Virus record (IMG/VR): IMGVR_UViG_3300013126_000014
Location: 1-64,000 of that record
DNA length: 64,000 nucleotides
Source of the DNA: a virus
Strand: one strand, 5' to 3'
Shown here: positions 20,101 through 30,390 of the stretch, in pieces
Numbering within the stretch: the stretch's first letter is position 1
Layout: each line of letters opens with the position of its first letter
Program-made: the position numbers and the translations under genes
The notes under the pieces: generated by a model
What the model saw: the letters and a program-made list of their open reading frames with translations, nothing else
Database searches by the model: none
What the model was told of the DNA's origin: nothing

Positions 20101-21543
20101 ATGCCACGTTTAAGCCTTTGGCGTCCTAATAAGGGCAATGATTACAAGTTTTTTGACCGCCGAATCAGTGAGATGTTTACCGTGGGCGGTGTTGACATTC
20201 ACATTCATAAGTATCTTGGACCTCAAGAACAAGAAGGAAATGGTACTTCAGAACCAACAATTTCTCAAACTAGTATCACTGCTATACAAGATTTATTATT
20301 TTTAGAGAATCGCGATAGAAAATACGATACTAGCGTTTACACACTTCGTGGAGTATATAACGTTAGCGACAATGACTTTGATCTAACCCAATTTGGTCTT
20401 TTCTTAACTGGCGACACTATGTTTATGACGTTCCATTTAAATGACATGGTTGAAACTTTGGGTCGCAAACTTATGATTGGCGATGTTTTTGAGTTGCCCA
20501 ATTTAAAAGATTACTATCCGTTAGACGATGGTGTTCCTGTAGCCCTTAAGAGATTTTATGTAGTTCAAGATGCCACTCGTTCAGCTGAAGGATTTAGTGC
20601 CACATGGTATCCCCATTTGTGGCGGGTAAAAGTAGCTCCGCTAGTTGATAGCCAAGAGTACAAAGATATCCTTAATAATATACCTGCAGGTGATACCAAC
20701 GGTGACGGTATAGAGGACAGCAATGATAGTTCGCTAGGAGATTTGCTAAGTACCTACAACAAATACCTTGAAGTTAATGATGCTGTGGTTGCTCGTGCTG
20801 AATCTGATGTTCCTGCTAGTGGATATGATACTAGTTTTATCTATCATGCACCTGTTGCAGACAACGGATACCCAGGCGACATAAACAATATTGATGCCAG
20901 TGATTCTACAGAAACTGATGCAAGTGACGGCGATGGCAATCCAGATGCTAGCACTATTGCAACTACTAGTTCTAGTAAAGTTCAAGGATACTTAACAGGT
21001 GATGGTGCATTACCTAATGGTGGCAATGTTGCTGCTGGTATTGCATTTCCTTCTAATCCACAATCTGGTGATTATTACTTGCGATTAGATTATGTGCCCA
21101 ATCGCCTATTTCGGTGGGACAGCAAACGTTGGGTCAAAATTGAGGATGCTGTGAGAACTAATTTAACCCCCGGAGCATCAAATCGCACACAATTAAGTAG
21201 TTTTATGAACGATTCTGATGCAAACTATAAAAATGCATTAGCCTGGGATGCCATAAGAGTTGCGGCAAATTATGTTCCGGCAGCAAATGCTCATACACAA
21301 TCGTTTACATTAAGTTCACGAACTGTTGTTACTAAAACACCGTATGTAAGTTCTTATGGTGTTAAAACAACTATCAATAGTTTAATAGTAACTAACACTT
21401 TGAGCAATTCATCTGGTAACCTAGCCATTACTGTGTCAAACACCTTGTATACCAACGACGTGTTAGAATATACCATTTATGCTAACGTTACTGTACAGCG
21501 TCAAGGACTCAGCGATATCCTTAGACCATTAGCGGATAATTAA
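20101..21543 (+). CDS. gp14: neck protein (gp14-like) with C-terminal extension
   Basis: MPRLSLWR, QDLLFLENRDRKYD, DLTQFGLFL, GDVFELP; upstream of the gp15-like gene. Confidence 0.75.
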   Translation: MPRLSLWRPNKGNDYKFFDRRISEMFTVGGVDIHIHKYLGPQEQEGNGTSEPTISQTSITAIQDLLFLENRDRKYDTSVYTLRGVYNVSDNDFDLTQFGLFLTGDTMFMTFHLNDMVETLGRKLMIGDVFELPNLKDYYPLDDGVPVALKRFYVVQDATRSAEGFSATWYPHLWRVKVAPLVDSQEYKDILNNIPAGDTNGDGIEDSNDSSLGDLLSTYNKYLEVNDAVVARAESDVPASGYDTSFIYHAPVADNGYPGDINNIDASDSTETDASDGDGNPDASTIATTSSSKVQGYLTGDGALPNGGNVAAGIAFPSNPQSGDYYLRLDYVPNRLFRWDSKRWVKIEDAVRTNLTPGASNRTQLSSFMNDSDANYKNALAWDAIRVAANYVPAANAHTQSFTLSSRTVVTKTPYVSSYGVKTTINSLIVTNTLSNSSGNLAITVSNTLYTNDVLEYTIYANVTVQRQGLSDILRPLADN

Positions 21544-21546
21544 TAT

Positions 21547-22956
21547 ATGCCAGCATTACAACAATTCAATTATGATGCGCAAATTGAGAGATTTTTAGCT
21601 CAGTTTATTCGCATGATTAGTGGGTTCCAAGTTGAGTTTGGAGCAGATCGAAATGGTAGTACAACTTTACAGAGAGTGCCAGTGTACTACGGTGACGGAA
21701 GTCGTCAAGTAGCAAACATTCTTTCCAACAATAGCGCAGGTAGTGCAATGCCTACTATTCCGGCAATGGCCGTATATATTAGTGCGTTAACATACGATCG
21801 AGAAAGAATTCAAGATCCTACGTTTGTGGGCAAATTACACGTTAGACAACGAGCCTACAACGACATAACACAAGAATACGAAGCAAGACAGGGCAACGCA
21901 TTTACTGTTGAGCGCCCCATGCCTGTTCCGTACATGCTAGAACTTAAAGTTGATATATTAACTAGCAATACTAAACAAAAATTGCAATTATTTGAACAGC
22001 TAGGGGTATTATTTAATCCTAGTTTAGAAATACAGTCTACTGATAATTATATCGACTGGACTAGTTTAAGCACAGTTTATCTAGATAGTCAAGCATGGAC
22101 TAGTCGCAGTATCCCTATAGGTACCGACAATCCGATTGATGTGTTAACCTTAACTTTCAAATTACCAATTTGGATTAGTCCCCCGGCCAAAGTTAAAAAA
22201 CTTGGTGTTATTCAAAAAATTATTGCAAGCATACACGAGAGTTCTGGTGATCTAACCAGTGCTGTGTTCAATGAGACCAATTTACTAGGTGCTAGACAAT
22301 ACTTTACTCCCTTAGACTATGGCGTATTACTCATCGGCAATACACTAACTCTTCTCAAAGTTCAGGAAATTGAGGATCCGCGAGAACCAACGTTAGATAC
22401 TCCAGTGAAAGTGGGCACTAAAGATGTTTGGGCAAACTTAATTAATATTTACGGTGTATTAGAAAATGGCATTAGTCAAATAAGATTATTAAGCGGAGAT
22501 GGCGAAACTGAGATTGTGGGCACTGTGAGTTATCATCCCACAGACGATAGTCTGTTAATTTTTAATGCAGACGTTGACACCTATCCCGCAAATACGTTAG
22601 ACCCCATTGATGCAATAGTTGATCCAAGAAAATCAAATGCAGTTAATCTAGCATCAACGGCCACCGCCGGTACGAGATATTTAATACTTAATGATATCGG
22701 AAGTTGGGAAAATTTACCAGGAACTGGCCCAAGTGCCTGGCAGGGCACAAACGGGCAAGATTTAATTGCCAGTGCCAACGATATTATTGAATACAATGGT
22801 GTAAATTGGGAAGTTAAGTTTGACAGCCAATCTATTACTAGTGTACAATATGTAAGTAATTTAAATACCGGAACTCAATATAAATGGGATAACAATCAAT
22901 GGGTAAAAAGTTGGGAAGGGGAGTACAAAAATGGAGAATGGACTCTAGTACTGTAG
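21547..22956 (+). CDS. gp15: tail sheath stabiliser/terminator (gp15-like)
   Basis: YDAQIERF, VPVYYGD, PVPY.L, QLFEQL..LFNPSLEIQ; ends in TAG. Confidence 0.85.
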   Translation: MPALQQFNYDAQIERFLAQFIRMISGFQVEFGADRNGSTTLQRVPVYYGDGSRQVANILSNNSAGSAMPTIPAMAVYISALTYDRERIQDPTFVGKLHVRQRAYNDITQEYEARQGNAFTVERPMPVPYMLELKVDILTSNTKQKLQLFEQLGVLFNPSLEIQSTDNYIDWTSLSTVYLDSQAWTSRSIPIGTDNPIDVLTLTFKLPIWISPPAKVKKLGVIQKIIASIHESSGDLTSAVFNETNLLGARQYFTPLDYGVLLIGNTLTLLKVQEIEDPREPTLDTPVKVGTKDVWANLINIYGVLENGISQIRLLSGDGETEIVGTVSYHPTDDSLLIFNADVDTYPANTLDPIDAIVDPRKSNAVNLASTATAGTRYLILNDIGSWENLPGTGPSAWQGTNGQDLIASANDIIEYNGVNWEVKFDSQSITSVQYVSNLNTGTQYKWDNNQWVKSWEGEYKNGEWTLVL

Positions 22957-23366
22957 AAGGTGCTGGTGCTTTTATCTATTGCACTTCAACTAATCGTTAT
23001 CTTTTTTTACTTAGAAATAATTCCAAATATTCAGGATCTTGGGGGTTAGCTGGCGGAAAAATTGAAGTTGGTGAAAACCTACTAGATAGTTTACATCGAG
23101 AGCTAGAAGAAGAACTTAAATTCAATGTTGGATTTTCAAAAGTTATCCCCATTGAGAAATTTACCAGCGAAAATAACAAGTTTAGTTACCATACTTTTTT
23201 AATACCTATTCAAGAAGAATTCGTTCCTATTTTAAATAACGAACATAGGGGTTTTTGTTGGGTCAATTTAGACGATTATCCAAAACCGTTGCATCCTGGT
23301 GTTTGGAGAACTATTAATTTTAAAGAAGTAGTAGATAAGATTAAAACGTTAGAATCAATTTTATAA
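22938..23366 (+). CDS. NUDIX hydrolase
   Basis: Nudix box GGKIEVGENLLDSLHRELEEE. Start uncertain (22899 or 22938). Confidence 0.88.
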   Translation: MDSSTVEGAGAFIYCTSTNRYLFLLRNNSKYSGSWGLAGGKIEVGENLLDSLHRELEEELKFNVGFSKVIPIEKFTSENNKFSYHTFLIPIQEEFVPILNNEHRGFCWVNLDDYPKPLHPGVWRTINFKEVVDKIKTLESIL

Positions 23367-24098
23367 ATCGGCTTCTCTTGCAAATTGATTCCAATTTATA
23401 ACTCTAAAGTTTAAACACCCTCTCCATTCTTCAGGAATAGGTTCAGTTCCTTTCTTAGTTACACGTATAAATTCGGTTTCTGTATAGGTATTAAACAATG
23501 TTCGTTGATCTCGGATCCATTTAAAATCTTCTACAGTGTCTCTTAGTGATTGATAACCGCGTGTCCCTGCATAAACATTATAGTTATAGTTTAGAGAATC
23601 TTGGCCATCAAATCCTAGCATAAAAATCTTTTTATGTCCGTCAAATGCTGCAATATAAAGTGCCGTGGTTCCTGCATCTGTATATGGATCGTGCGGGATT
23701 AAGTAAAATTTGTTTGGGTACTCCAACAGGTGCATATTGTGGGTGTATACTATGTGTTCATTGGTATATCCACTACGTACTATTTCTTTAACTATTTCAT
23801 CACCTGTAGCTATTAAGAAGTCAGGAGAGAAATCTCTATGCAGTGCATTACATCCATAACTTTGGAGGCGCCCTGATCCAAGTAGACCCCCTTTGTGATT
23901 TTTAATCAAATTTAAATTAAATTCTGATCTACTTGGCCCATTACCTAGCACTATTGCTTGATTTGATATTTGGCTGTTAATAACTGCATTGGGCACATTT
24001 TCTGTAGTATCGTGCCACACTCCGTTAGAGTAGTTACGTTCAACTACAATATCTTCGCCGCGATAATATCTTCTATACAGTTTATTAAGTTTTAGCAT
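23361..24098 (-). CDS. Maf/DUF115-like (sialyltransferase-fold) putative glycosyltransferase
   Basis: AIVLGNGPSR, YGCNA..RDF.PDFL, AGTTAL..A...GHKKIFMLGFD pattern. Confidence 0.55.
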   Translation of the reverse strand: MLKLNKLYRRYYRGEDIVVERNYSNGVWHDTTENVPNAVINSQISNQAIVLGNGPSRSEFNLNLIKNHKGGLLGSGRLQSYGCNALHRDFSPDFLIATGDEIVKEIVRSGYTNEHIVYTHNMHLLEYPNKFYLIPHDPYTDAGTTALYIAAFDGHKKIFMLGFDGQDSLNYNYNVYAGTRGYQSLRDTVEDFKWIRDQRTLFNTYTETEFIRVTKKGTEPIPEEWRGCLNFRVINWNQFAREADL

Positions 24099-24106
24099 TT
24101 TTAACC

Positions 24107-27100
24107 TTAGACAATATAGGTAGTGTACACTTTAACATTACTGTTAGTTAATGTTGAACTAGTGTAATATAATCTTACGTTACTACTTACAATATTTGCA
24201 CTCAATGTACCCATTTCGCCGTTTGTATCAACTATGCCGTATGTTGTTATATACGCATTTGCACCGTCATGGGCCAACAGTGCTTCCATAACTTGTACAT
24301 TGCCGCTACTTTGTTTAATTTGAACTACGTATTTGGCTGTAGTATAATCACTTGCCACAAAAGAATCTACCACAACCGGGCTGCTTGCACTAGCCACAGA
24401 GGTTGCTGTTTGGTCATACGTAGTTTTAGTACCATTCACATATGCCCAAGTACCGTCTGGTTTTGCAGTTGCCCGTATAGCTTGGTCACTTGTAGTTGTA
24501 CCGCTGTAGATCGCTGCGCCATTTGAGTTATCTGGTGTAAAGGTATTTAGACCATTTGGACTAGTTACATCACCAACAGTTTGTGTAGTTGCAAGCGTTC
24601 TAACATCAATGATGTCCCCATCGGCTGGATTTTCAGTAAACTGTAGTGTAGTTCCGGAAATACTATATGCTAACGTAGGAATTTGTAGGATACCGTTAAT
24701 GCTTACTACTGTGCCGTTTGTTGTAGTGTTACTACTCAACACATAGGTATTAGCCAATCCGTTACCTGTAAATGTTTCGCTGGTAATGATCGTAAATGTT
24801 GTGTCACTGCCTGCAGCAGTCCATGATGTTCCAGTGTAGAATTCTAAAGTTGATGTTGATGTGTTAAAACGCAACATACCTTGTACATCAACATTACCAC
24901 TGTTACCCGGACGTTCTGATGTTGATCCCACCGGAACCATAAACGAATCAGTGCTATTGACTTTTAAAGTTGCACCTAGTTGCGGGCTTGCATTACTTCC
25001 GCCAATTATCACCGCACCATTATTACTGTCTGCAACAATCAGGCTTGATGCTAACTTACCTTTAACTATAAAGTTATCCGAAGTTTGGCTGTCATTGATA
25101 ACAGCACCGTTAGCTACCCAAATATTACCAGCGATACCTGTACCGCCTGCTACTGTTAATGCACCTGTTGTTGGACTAGTAGCCTGTGTAGTTCTTACAA
25201 CATTAAAGCCATTGGTAATAGAGCTAGCTCTTGCTACCACTGCATTAGCAAATGGGCTACCTGCGTTAAGTACAACTTCTTTGCCCATTGTTTGAGCACT
25301 AATGATAGTATTACCGCCTTCACAGAATGCATACGCATCGTAGGCTTTAGGTAATGTGCCTTCATCGAATTGGCTGTTAGCTATACCAACTGCAAAATAG
25401 TGTTCAAATCCTGGACCGTTAAGGTCAGCAACGCTAACAAAATTACTAGATGCACTTGGCCCACTGCTTAAATTTCGAACAGCGAATACCGAAGCTACGT
25501 TTGCGTTACTAATAAATTCACCAACAGAGTTATTAGATTTTGTACCTACTAATTCTGCACCTACAGAAATGTACTTGCCATCAGGCACATGAATGTTTCC
25601 GTCAACTCCCACTCCACCTGCTACTACTAATGCGCCGTTGTTATATGATGTTGAAGTTGCTGTACTATTTGCATATACTATACCAGATGCAGCTAATCGA
25701 GTAAAATCACCGCTTGCTGGTGTAGTATTACCAATAACTGTACTATTAATACTTGCGGCACTAACTGCACCAAGCGTAGTGGTGCCTTGTGATGTTAGTG
25801 TTGTAAATGTTGCACTCACAGGATCTACGTTACCAATTACAGTACCATTAATGCTTGCGGCTGTTAACGCACCCACATTTGCTGTACTAGTTGTTGTGAG
25901 CGTTGTAAATGCACCAGTACTTGGTGTTGCATTACCAATTGGTGTATTATTAATTGCTGTAGCTGTAGTCAAGCTCAGTGTAGTTGTACTTGATGTTTCT
26001 AACGTTGTAAATTCTGCCGTGCTTGGCGTATTTGCGCCAATCGCTACATTGTCGATTGCACCTAACGTCCCTGGATTAACTGTTACAGTTCCAGTAGGCG
26101 ATAAGTTAGCCGATGTTGTAACATAGACATCATCACCAGTTAAAGTAGTAAACACGCCGGTACTTGGTGTTGCATTACCAATTGGTGTAGTATTAATTGC
26201 AGTTGCACTAGTTAAACTTAACTGAGTTGTACCTTGTGATGTTAATGTTGTAAATGTAGCTTCTGCCGGTGTTACATTACCAATCACAGTAGATTGTAAA
26301 TCACGAGCATTTAAACTTAAATCTACATCTAAATTATTTTTAACTGTAGTGGTTCCAGACGTTGCCCCCAAATTAAGTGCAGTAGCTGCACCAGCAAAAT
26401 TTAAGGTTGTAGCGTTGGTGTTAAGTAAATTAAACGTACTAGCTGATGTAGTTATGTCACCACCGTTAACAGCCAAATCATCAGTTAAGGTAGTTGCTCC
26501 AGTGACCGCAAGAGTTCCGCTAAACGTTGCATCAATACCACTAATGGTTTTATTAAAGTCCCAACTTGTAGTAGCATGTGTGTATAATATTGTTGCAGAT
26601 GCACCGTCAACAGTGATCCCTGCGCCGTCTGCAGCTGCGCTACTTGCAGCACCTTTTGCAATAGTAATGTTTAAATCTTCAACATCTAATGTAGAAGTGT
26701 TTAATGAAACTACATTACCTTGCACAGTGAGGTCACCACCAACTACTAAATTAGCGCCTACCCATAAATTTCCACCTATACCAGCACCGCCGGCTACGGT
26801 TAACGCCCCAGTTGCTGTACTTGTACTTGGATTGTCTGATGATATTACTACATTGCCAGTGTTTAAATTATTGGCATTTACATTGCCTGTAATACCGACA
26901 CCACCAGCAACTGTCAGGGCTCCTGTAGTTTTACTCGAGCTAACTGTTTCTGGGTTCGAAAATACCGCTGTAATATTTGATGCTGTGTTGCCACCAACAA
27001 TAACACTAACTTTCTTAGTTCCAGGGGTACTTGCACCTACTACTAAGTTACCACCTTGTCCTGTAGAAACATTACCTTGAACGTATATGTAGCCGTCATT

Positions 27101-28891
27101 GTCGCCTAATGAATTAGTTAAACTGTTATCTTGGGTACCATCCCAGCCACTAGTGGTGATACCCATGTTGATGTAGTGATCGTAATCGGCACCGTTACCT
27201 GCTGTAGCTACCCAATCTGTTGAAGCTTTAGCTCCAGTACTCAGATTTTGGAAGTTATTCTGTACGTAGCCGTTAAAGCTACCAGTAGTCTGTACTACTG
27301 TGGCAGGCAATTGGGTGTACCCTGTTACCCCTGCGTATAGTGCACCAAATCCGTTAGCATCGCCATAGAAAACACCAGCATTAGATGTCAATACATAACT
27401 ACTACCAGTAATATTAATATTTCCACCAACATATAAATTGCCCGAAACACTTGTGCCGCCAGCAACTCTGAATGCGCCAGTTCCGACACTAGTTGCATCA
27501 GTAGTGTCTGTTACCTCAGTTACACCGCTAGCAGTTAGGGTAGTAAATGCCCCCGACGAAGCAGTTGCATTACCAATTGGTGTGTTATTAATTGCAGTTG
27601 CACTAGTTAAACTTAGCTGAGTCGTACCTTGTGATGTTAATGTTGTAAATGTAGCAGAACTTGGTGTTGCATTACCAATTGGTGTAGTATTAATTGCAGT
27701 TGCACTAGTTAAACTTAGCTGAGTCGTACCTTGTGATGTTAATGTTGTAAATGTGGCTGCTGACGGTGTTACATTACCAATCACAGTAGATTGTATGTCG
27801 CGAGCATTTAAACTTAGATCTACATCTAAATTATTTCGCACATTTGTAGTGCCAGATGTTGCAGCCAATGTTAATGTCGTTGCAGAATTAAATGCATTTG
27901 CAGTAGTTGGTATAGCAAGTAAATCAATTGACGCTTGTGCGCTATCTAGTGTTGTGGCATTAGGTAACCATATGTTAGCATTTCTTAGATTTAAAGTTCC
28001 AGATGTTGCACCCACTGTTAGTGTCGTTGCAGCACCAAATGCGTTAACTGTAGTAGCTGTAGTATTAAATACATCCTGTGTAGTACTACTACCAACAACT
28101 ACATCGTTGTTTAATGTTAAGGTACCGGCGGTTCCTGCAGCACCAAATTCAATATCTGTCGCATTTTTAAATGCATCTATTGTGGCAGCATTATTAAACA
28201 AACTCACTGTGGTTTGTGCGCCATCTAATGTCGTAGCATTGGGTAGCCACACATTTGCATTACGTAAACTCAATGTGCCTGACGTAGCACCTACTGTTAG
28301 CGTTGTTGCAGCGCCGGCAAAATTTAAGGTTGTAGCTGTAGCATTTAATAAATTAAATGTACTAGCTGAGGTAGTTAAGTCGCCGCCGTTGATGGCAAAA
28401 TCGCCAGATACTGTACCTGCAGCCATGTCAACATTACCGGATGATGTAAGATTGCGCAGTGAAGCATCATATGCAACTGCTAAATTACCTAAGCGTACAT
28501 TACCATAACCACTGTTGTCAATTGCACCATAACTATTACCGTCGTCTGTAGTATAATGAAATCTAAATTCATCGTTGGCTTCGTTCCATACTAATGCTAT
28601 TGATGTTTGATTACCACGATTGAATAATAGTCCAATGTCGTAAGTATTAGTTCCGCTAAAAGCGTTATTTAGAATAATTAAGGGATCGTTAACGTAGGTA
28701 TTAGTTGACGCTACTGTTAGGTATGTACTAGAACCCTGTACTGTTAAGTTACCTGTGATAGTAACATCTGAAGTCATTGTAAGGTTACTATTAAATAGAC
28801 TACCTACAATGGAACCCGGATAGATCTTGGTATTCGCAAATATAGTCGAATCCGTAATCTGATTATTCTTAATTCTGGTTAAGTTTGACAT
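24107..28891 (-). CDS. long tail fibre / baseplate-attached fibre protein
   Basis: 1594 aa, Thr/Gly/Ala/Asn-rich, repeated TGALTVAGG.GI.GN and IGN.TP...TFTTLT motifs, G.LRFNT.T..LEFY.G..W module. Confidence 0.85.
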   Translation of the reverse strand: MSNLTRIKNNQITDSTIFANTKIYPGSIVGSLFNSNLTMTSDVTITGNLTVQGSSTYLTVASTNTYVNDPLIILNNAFSGTNTYDIGLLFNRGNQTSIALVWNEANDEFRFHYTTDDGNSYGAIDNSGYGNVRLGNLAVAYDASLRNLTSSGNVDMAAGTVSGDFAINGGDLTTSASTFNLLNATATTLNFAGAATTLTVGATSGTLSLRNANVWLPNATTLDGAQTTVSLFNNAATIDAFKNATDIEFGAAGTAGTLTLNNDVVVGSSTTQDVFNTTATTVNAFGAATTLTVGATSGTLNLRNANIWLPNATTLDSAQASIDLLAIPTTANAFNSATTLTLAATSGTTNVRNNLDVDLSLNARDIQSTVIGNVTPSAATFTTLTSQGTTQLSLTSATAINTTPIGNATPSSATFTTLTSQGTTQLSLTSATAINNTPIGNATASSGAFTTLTASGVTEVTDTTDATSVGTGAFRVAGGTSVSGNLYVGGNINITGSSYVLTSNAGVFYGDANGFGALYAGVTGYTQLPATVVQTTGSFNGYVQNNFQNLSTGAKASTDWVATAGNGADYDHYINMGITTSGWDGTQDNSLTNSLGDNDGYIYVQGNVSTGQGGNLVVGASTPGTKKVSVIVGGNTASNITAVFSNPETVSSSKTTGALTVAGGVGITGNVNANNLNTGNVVISSDNPSTSTATGALTVAGGAGIGGNLWVGANLVVGGDLTVQGNVVSLNTSTLDVEDLNITIAKGAASSAAADGAGITVDGASATILYTHATTSWDFNKTISGIDATFSGTLAVTGATTLTDDLAVNGGDITTSASTFNLLNTNATTLNFAGAATALNLGATSGTTTVKNNLDVDLSLNARDLQSTVIGNVTPAEATFTTLTSQGTTQLSLTSATAINTTPIGNATPSTGVFTTLTGDDVYVTTSANLSPTGTVTVNPGTLGAIDNVAIGANTPSTAEFTTLETSSTTTLSLTTATAINNTPIGNATPSTGAFTTLTTTSTANVGALTAASINGTVIGNVDPVSATFTTLTSQGTTTLGAVSAASINSTVIGNTTPASGDFTRLAASGIVYANSTATSTSYNNGALVVAGGVGVDGNIHVPDGKYISVGAELVGTKSNNSVGEFISNANVASVFAVRNLSSGPSASSNFVSVADLNGPGFEHYFAVGIANSQFDEGTLPKAYDAYAFCEGGNTIISAQTMGKEVVLNAGSPFANAVVARASSITNGFNVVRTTQATSPTTGALTVAGGTGIAGNIWVANGAVINDSQTSDNFIVKGKLASSLIVADSNNGAVIIGGSNASPQLGATLKVNSTDSFMVPVGSTSERPGNSGNVDVQGMLRFNTSTSTLEFYTGTSWTAAGSDTTFTIITSETFTGNGLANTYVLSSNTTTNGTVVSINGILQIPTLAYSISGTTLQFTENPADGDIIDVRTLATTQTVGDVTSPNGLNTFTPDNSNGAAIYSGTTTSDQAIRATAKPDGTWAYVNGTKTTYDQTATSVASASSPVVVDSFVASDYTTAKYVVQIKQSSGNVQVMEALLAHDGANAYITTYGIVDTNGEMGTLSANIVSSNVRLYYTSSTLTNSNVKVYTTYIV
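27564..27757. repeat. 102-bp near-identical tandem repeat in the fibre gene, with further copies near 26169 and 25926
   Basis: GTTGCATTACCAATTGGTGT starts at 27564 and 27666; encodes ATFTTLTSQGTTQLSLTSATAIN.TPIGNAT. Confidence 0.9.
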
Positions 28892-28997
28892 CTCAGTGAA
28901 ATACTCCGCAAATATTTTTCTAGCACACTGTCGCTTGCGGTTCCATATATCCCCTGAGCTGGAACAGTTGAATGCCTATAGTTTAGTAGTATTTATA
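28892..28997 (-). promoter_or_regulatory. late promoter (TATAAATA) plus structured 5' leader of the long fibre gene
   Basis: TATAAATA at 28990-28997; GTTCCA/TGGAAC and CTGT/ACAG pairings; an AAATATTT-GCG-GAGTATTT hairpin covers the GGAG RBS. Confidence 0.55.
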
Positions 28998-29017
28998 CGA
29001 GATTTGAGATTTTGGTT

Positions 29018-29518
29018 TTAGCTGATATCAAATGCAACAACAACTTTGGGCGATTCGCACGGCGTTGTCCAGTGCTCTAGCGATGAGTCCCAAAGAAACA
29101 TATCACCCTGCGTCATTGCAAATTCTTGGTCTTCAAATACTAAATGCCCACCTTGACCTGCTAATAAACACACTAATCCTGTGTAACTAGCAGGTTGGTG
29201 ATTATTTTCTGGCGACTTAACACTGTGGTTGTGAGGTTTTTGATACCCACCGCAATCGTAACTAACAAAATGACTTCTGAAGATTTTACCCAAAATACCT
29301 AGTTCTAAAAGTTTAGTATCTATTGCTTCTCTGAGCGGATTTGTGTATATAGAATCTATACCCAGTGGACGAATGTTTAAAGGTTGATATCCATTGACTG
29401 TTGCTACTCTACCCATGTTGACTTTATTAACAGCAGCGCCAGTAATTTTAAGAGTTTCTATATAAATTAGAGCAGGTATACAAGCCCAGGGATCTATAGA
29501 AGTTTTAATAAAGTTCAT
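29018..29518 (-). CDS. 2OG-Fe(II) oxygenase-like protein
   Basis: Y..GGYQKPHNH, GG.LVF, GDMFLWDSSLEHWT.P, VVAFDI double-stranded beta-helix pattern. Confidence 0.75.
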   Translation of the reverse strand: MNFIKTSIDPWACIPALIYIETLKITGAAVNKVNMGRVATVNGYQPLNIRPLGIDSIYTNPLREAIDTKLLELGILGKIFRSHFVSYDCGGYQKPHNHSVKSPENNHQPASYTGLVCLLAGQGGHLVFEDQEFAMTQGDMFLWDSSLEHWTTPCESPKVVVAFDIS

Positions 29519-29541
29519 AGCAGTATTTACTGCGGTATACT

Positions 29542-30138
29542 TTAAGAGGTTCTCATTATGAAAGCAAGTGCATAGTACGGTGGCAAGTTGGCGTTTGTTC
29601 CGTTGGATCCTGTTGTGCTAATTGCTACCGTAATTCCTGTTGTTTCTGTAGTTGAATAAACTTCACCTTGTGCTGTTGATTGAACAATACCACCACCGCC
29701 TGGAGTTCCGCCATAAGCTCCACCTACTGTATGTCTATGCCCTGGGTCTGTTACTGTAGCTGTATGACTATGGCTTACAACTATAGCGTTTGCCGATCCA
29801 CCAGTTTTAGTTGTAGATCCTGTTACTGTAGTATTTGCCTGGCCGCCACTGTCGGCTGATGCGCCAATGATAAATGTATTACGCAGATCTGGAGTACCGT
29901 TTGTGCCGTCACAAAATGCCCAGCCTGTCGGTAAGTCGGCAATAGCACCACTCCACATAACGATCGCACCAACAGGCACTATTCCACCAGTTATTCCGTT
30001 TTGTACCATTGTTCCAGTGGCACTTAGATTTCCTGTAGCAGTGTTGCCACTAACTGTAAGGCTTTCTAGTGTGCCCACTACCGTGATGTTACTTTGATTA
30101 CTATGTAGTACTTCTTTAGTTACTTGTGTTAGTGCCAT
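29542..30138 (-). CDS. short tail-collar domain fibre protein
   Basis: VPVGAIVMWSG, PTGWAFCDGTNGTPDLRN.FIIGA, HSH/HRH motifs, NLPPYYALAFIM. Confidence 0.88.
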   Translation of the reverse strand: MALTQVTKEVLHSNQSNITVVGTLESLTVSGNTATGNLSATGTMVQNGITGGIVPVGAIVMWSGAIADLPTGWAFCDGTNGTPDLRNTFIIGASADSGGQANTTVTGSTTKTGGSANAIVVSHSHTATVTDPGHRHTVGGAYGGTPGGGGIVQSTAQGEVYSTTETTGITVAISTTGSNGTNANLPPYYALAFIMRTS

Positions 30139-30150
30139 AGATTTTCTCTA

Positions 30151-30381
30151 TTATTGTATTGCATTAATTTTATCTGCAAGTGTTTGTAACTGTTGCAATA
30201 ATTCAGCTTTAGTTGGTTCTGCTACTGGTTGCGGTTCTGGCTCAGATTCGGGTAATGGCCAGGAACCTGTAATTTCTTCTAAACCAGCATCAATTTTTGC
30301 TTGCATATAAGGAAGTTGGGTGTTATCTGTCTCTTCAAAACCAAACACTTCCCCTGTGTTATTATCTTTAAAATATTTCAT
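30151..30381 (-). CDS. small tail fibre assembly-like protein
   Basis: 76 aa between fibre genes; MKYFKD..GEVFGFE, PTKAELLQQLQ.L. Confidence 0.55.
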   Translation of the reverse strand: MKYFKDNNTGEVFGFEETDNTQLPYMQAKIDAGLEEITGSWPLPESEPEPQPVAEPTKAELLQQLQTLADKINAIQ

Positions 30382-30390
30382 GTTTAGTCC

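Noticed and set aside
22954-23050. Functional amber readthrough of gp15, gp13 or the 36751 gene
   Set aside because: Extensions are short or run out of frame over neighbouring genes and join no downstream ORF.
25920-27760. CRISPR-like array
   Set aside because: The repeats are in-frame coding repeats without unique spacers, and no cas genes are present.
24861-28508. Long plus-strand ORFs antisense to the fibre gene (also antisense ORFs over the sheath, tape measure and others)
   Set aside because: Shadow ORFs caused by the codon bias of Thr/Gly/Ala-rich genes; no RBS or recognisable motifs.
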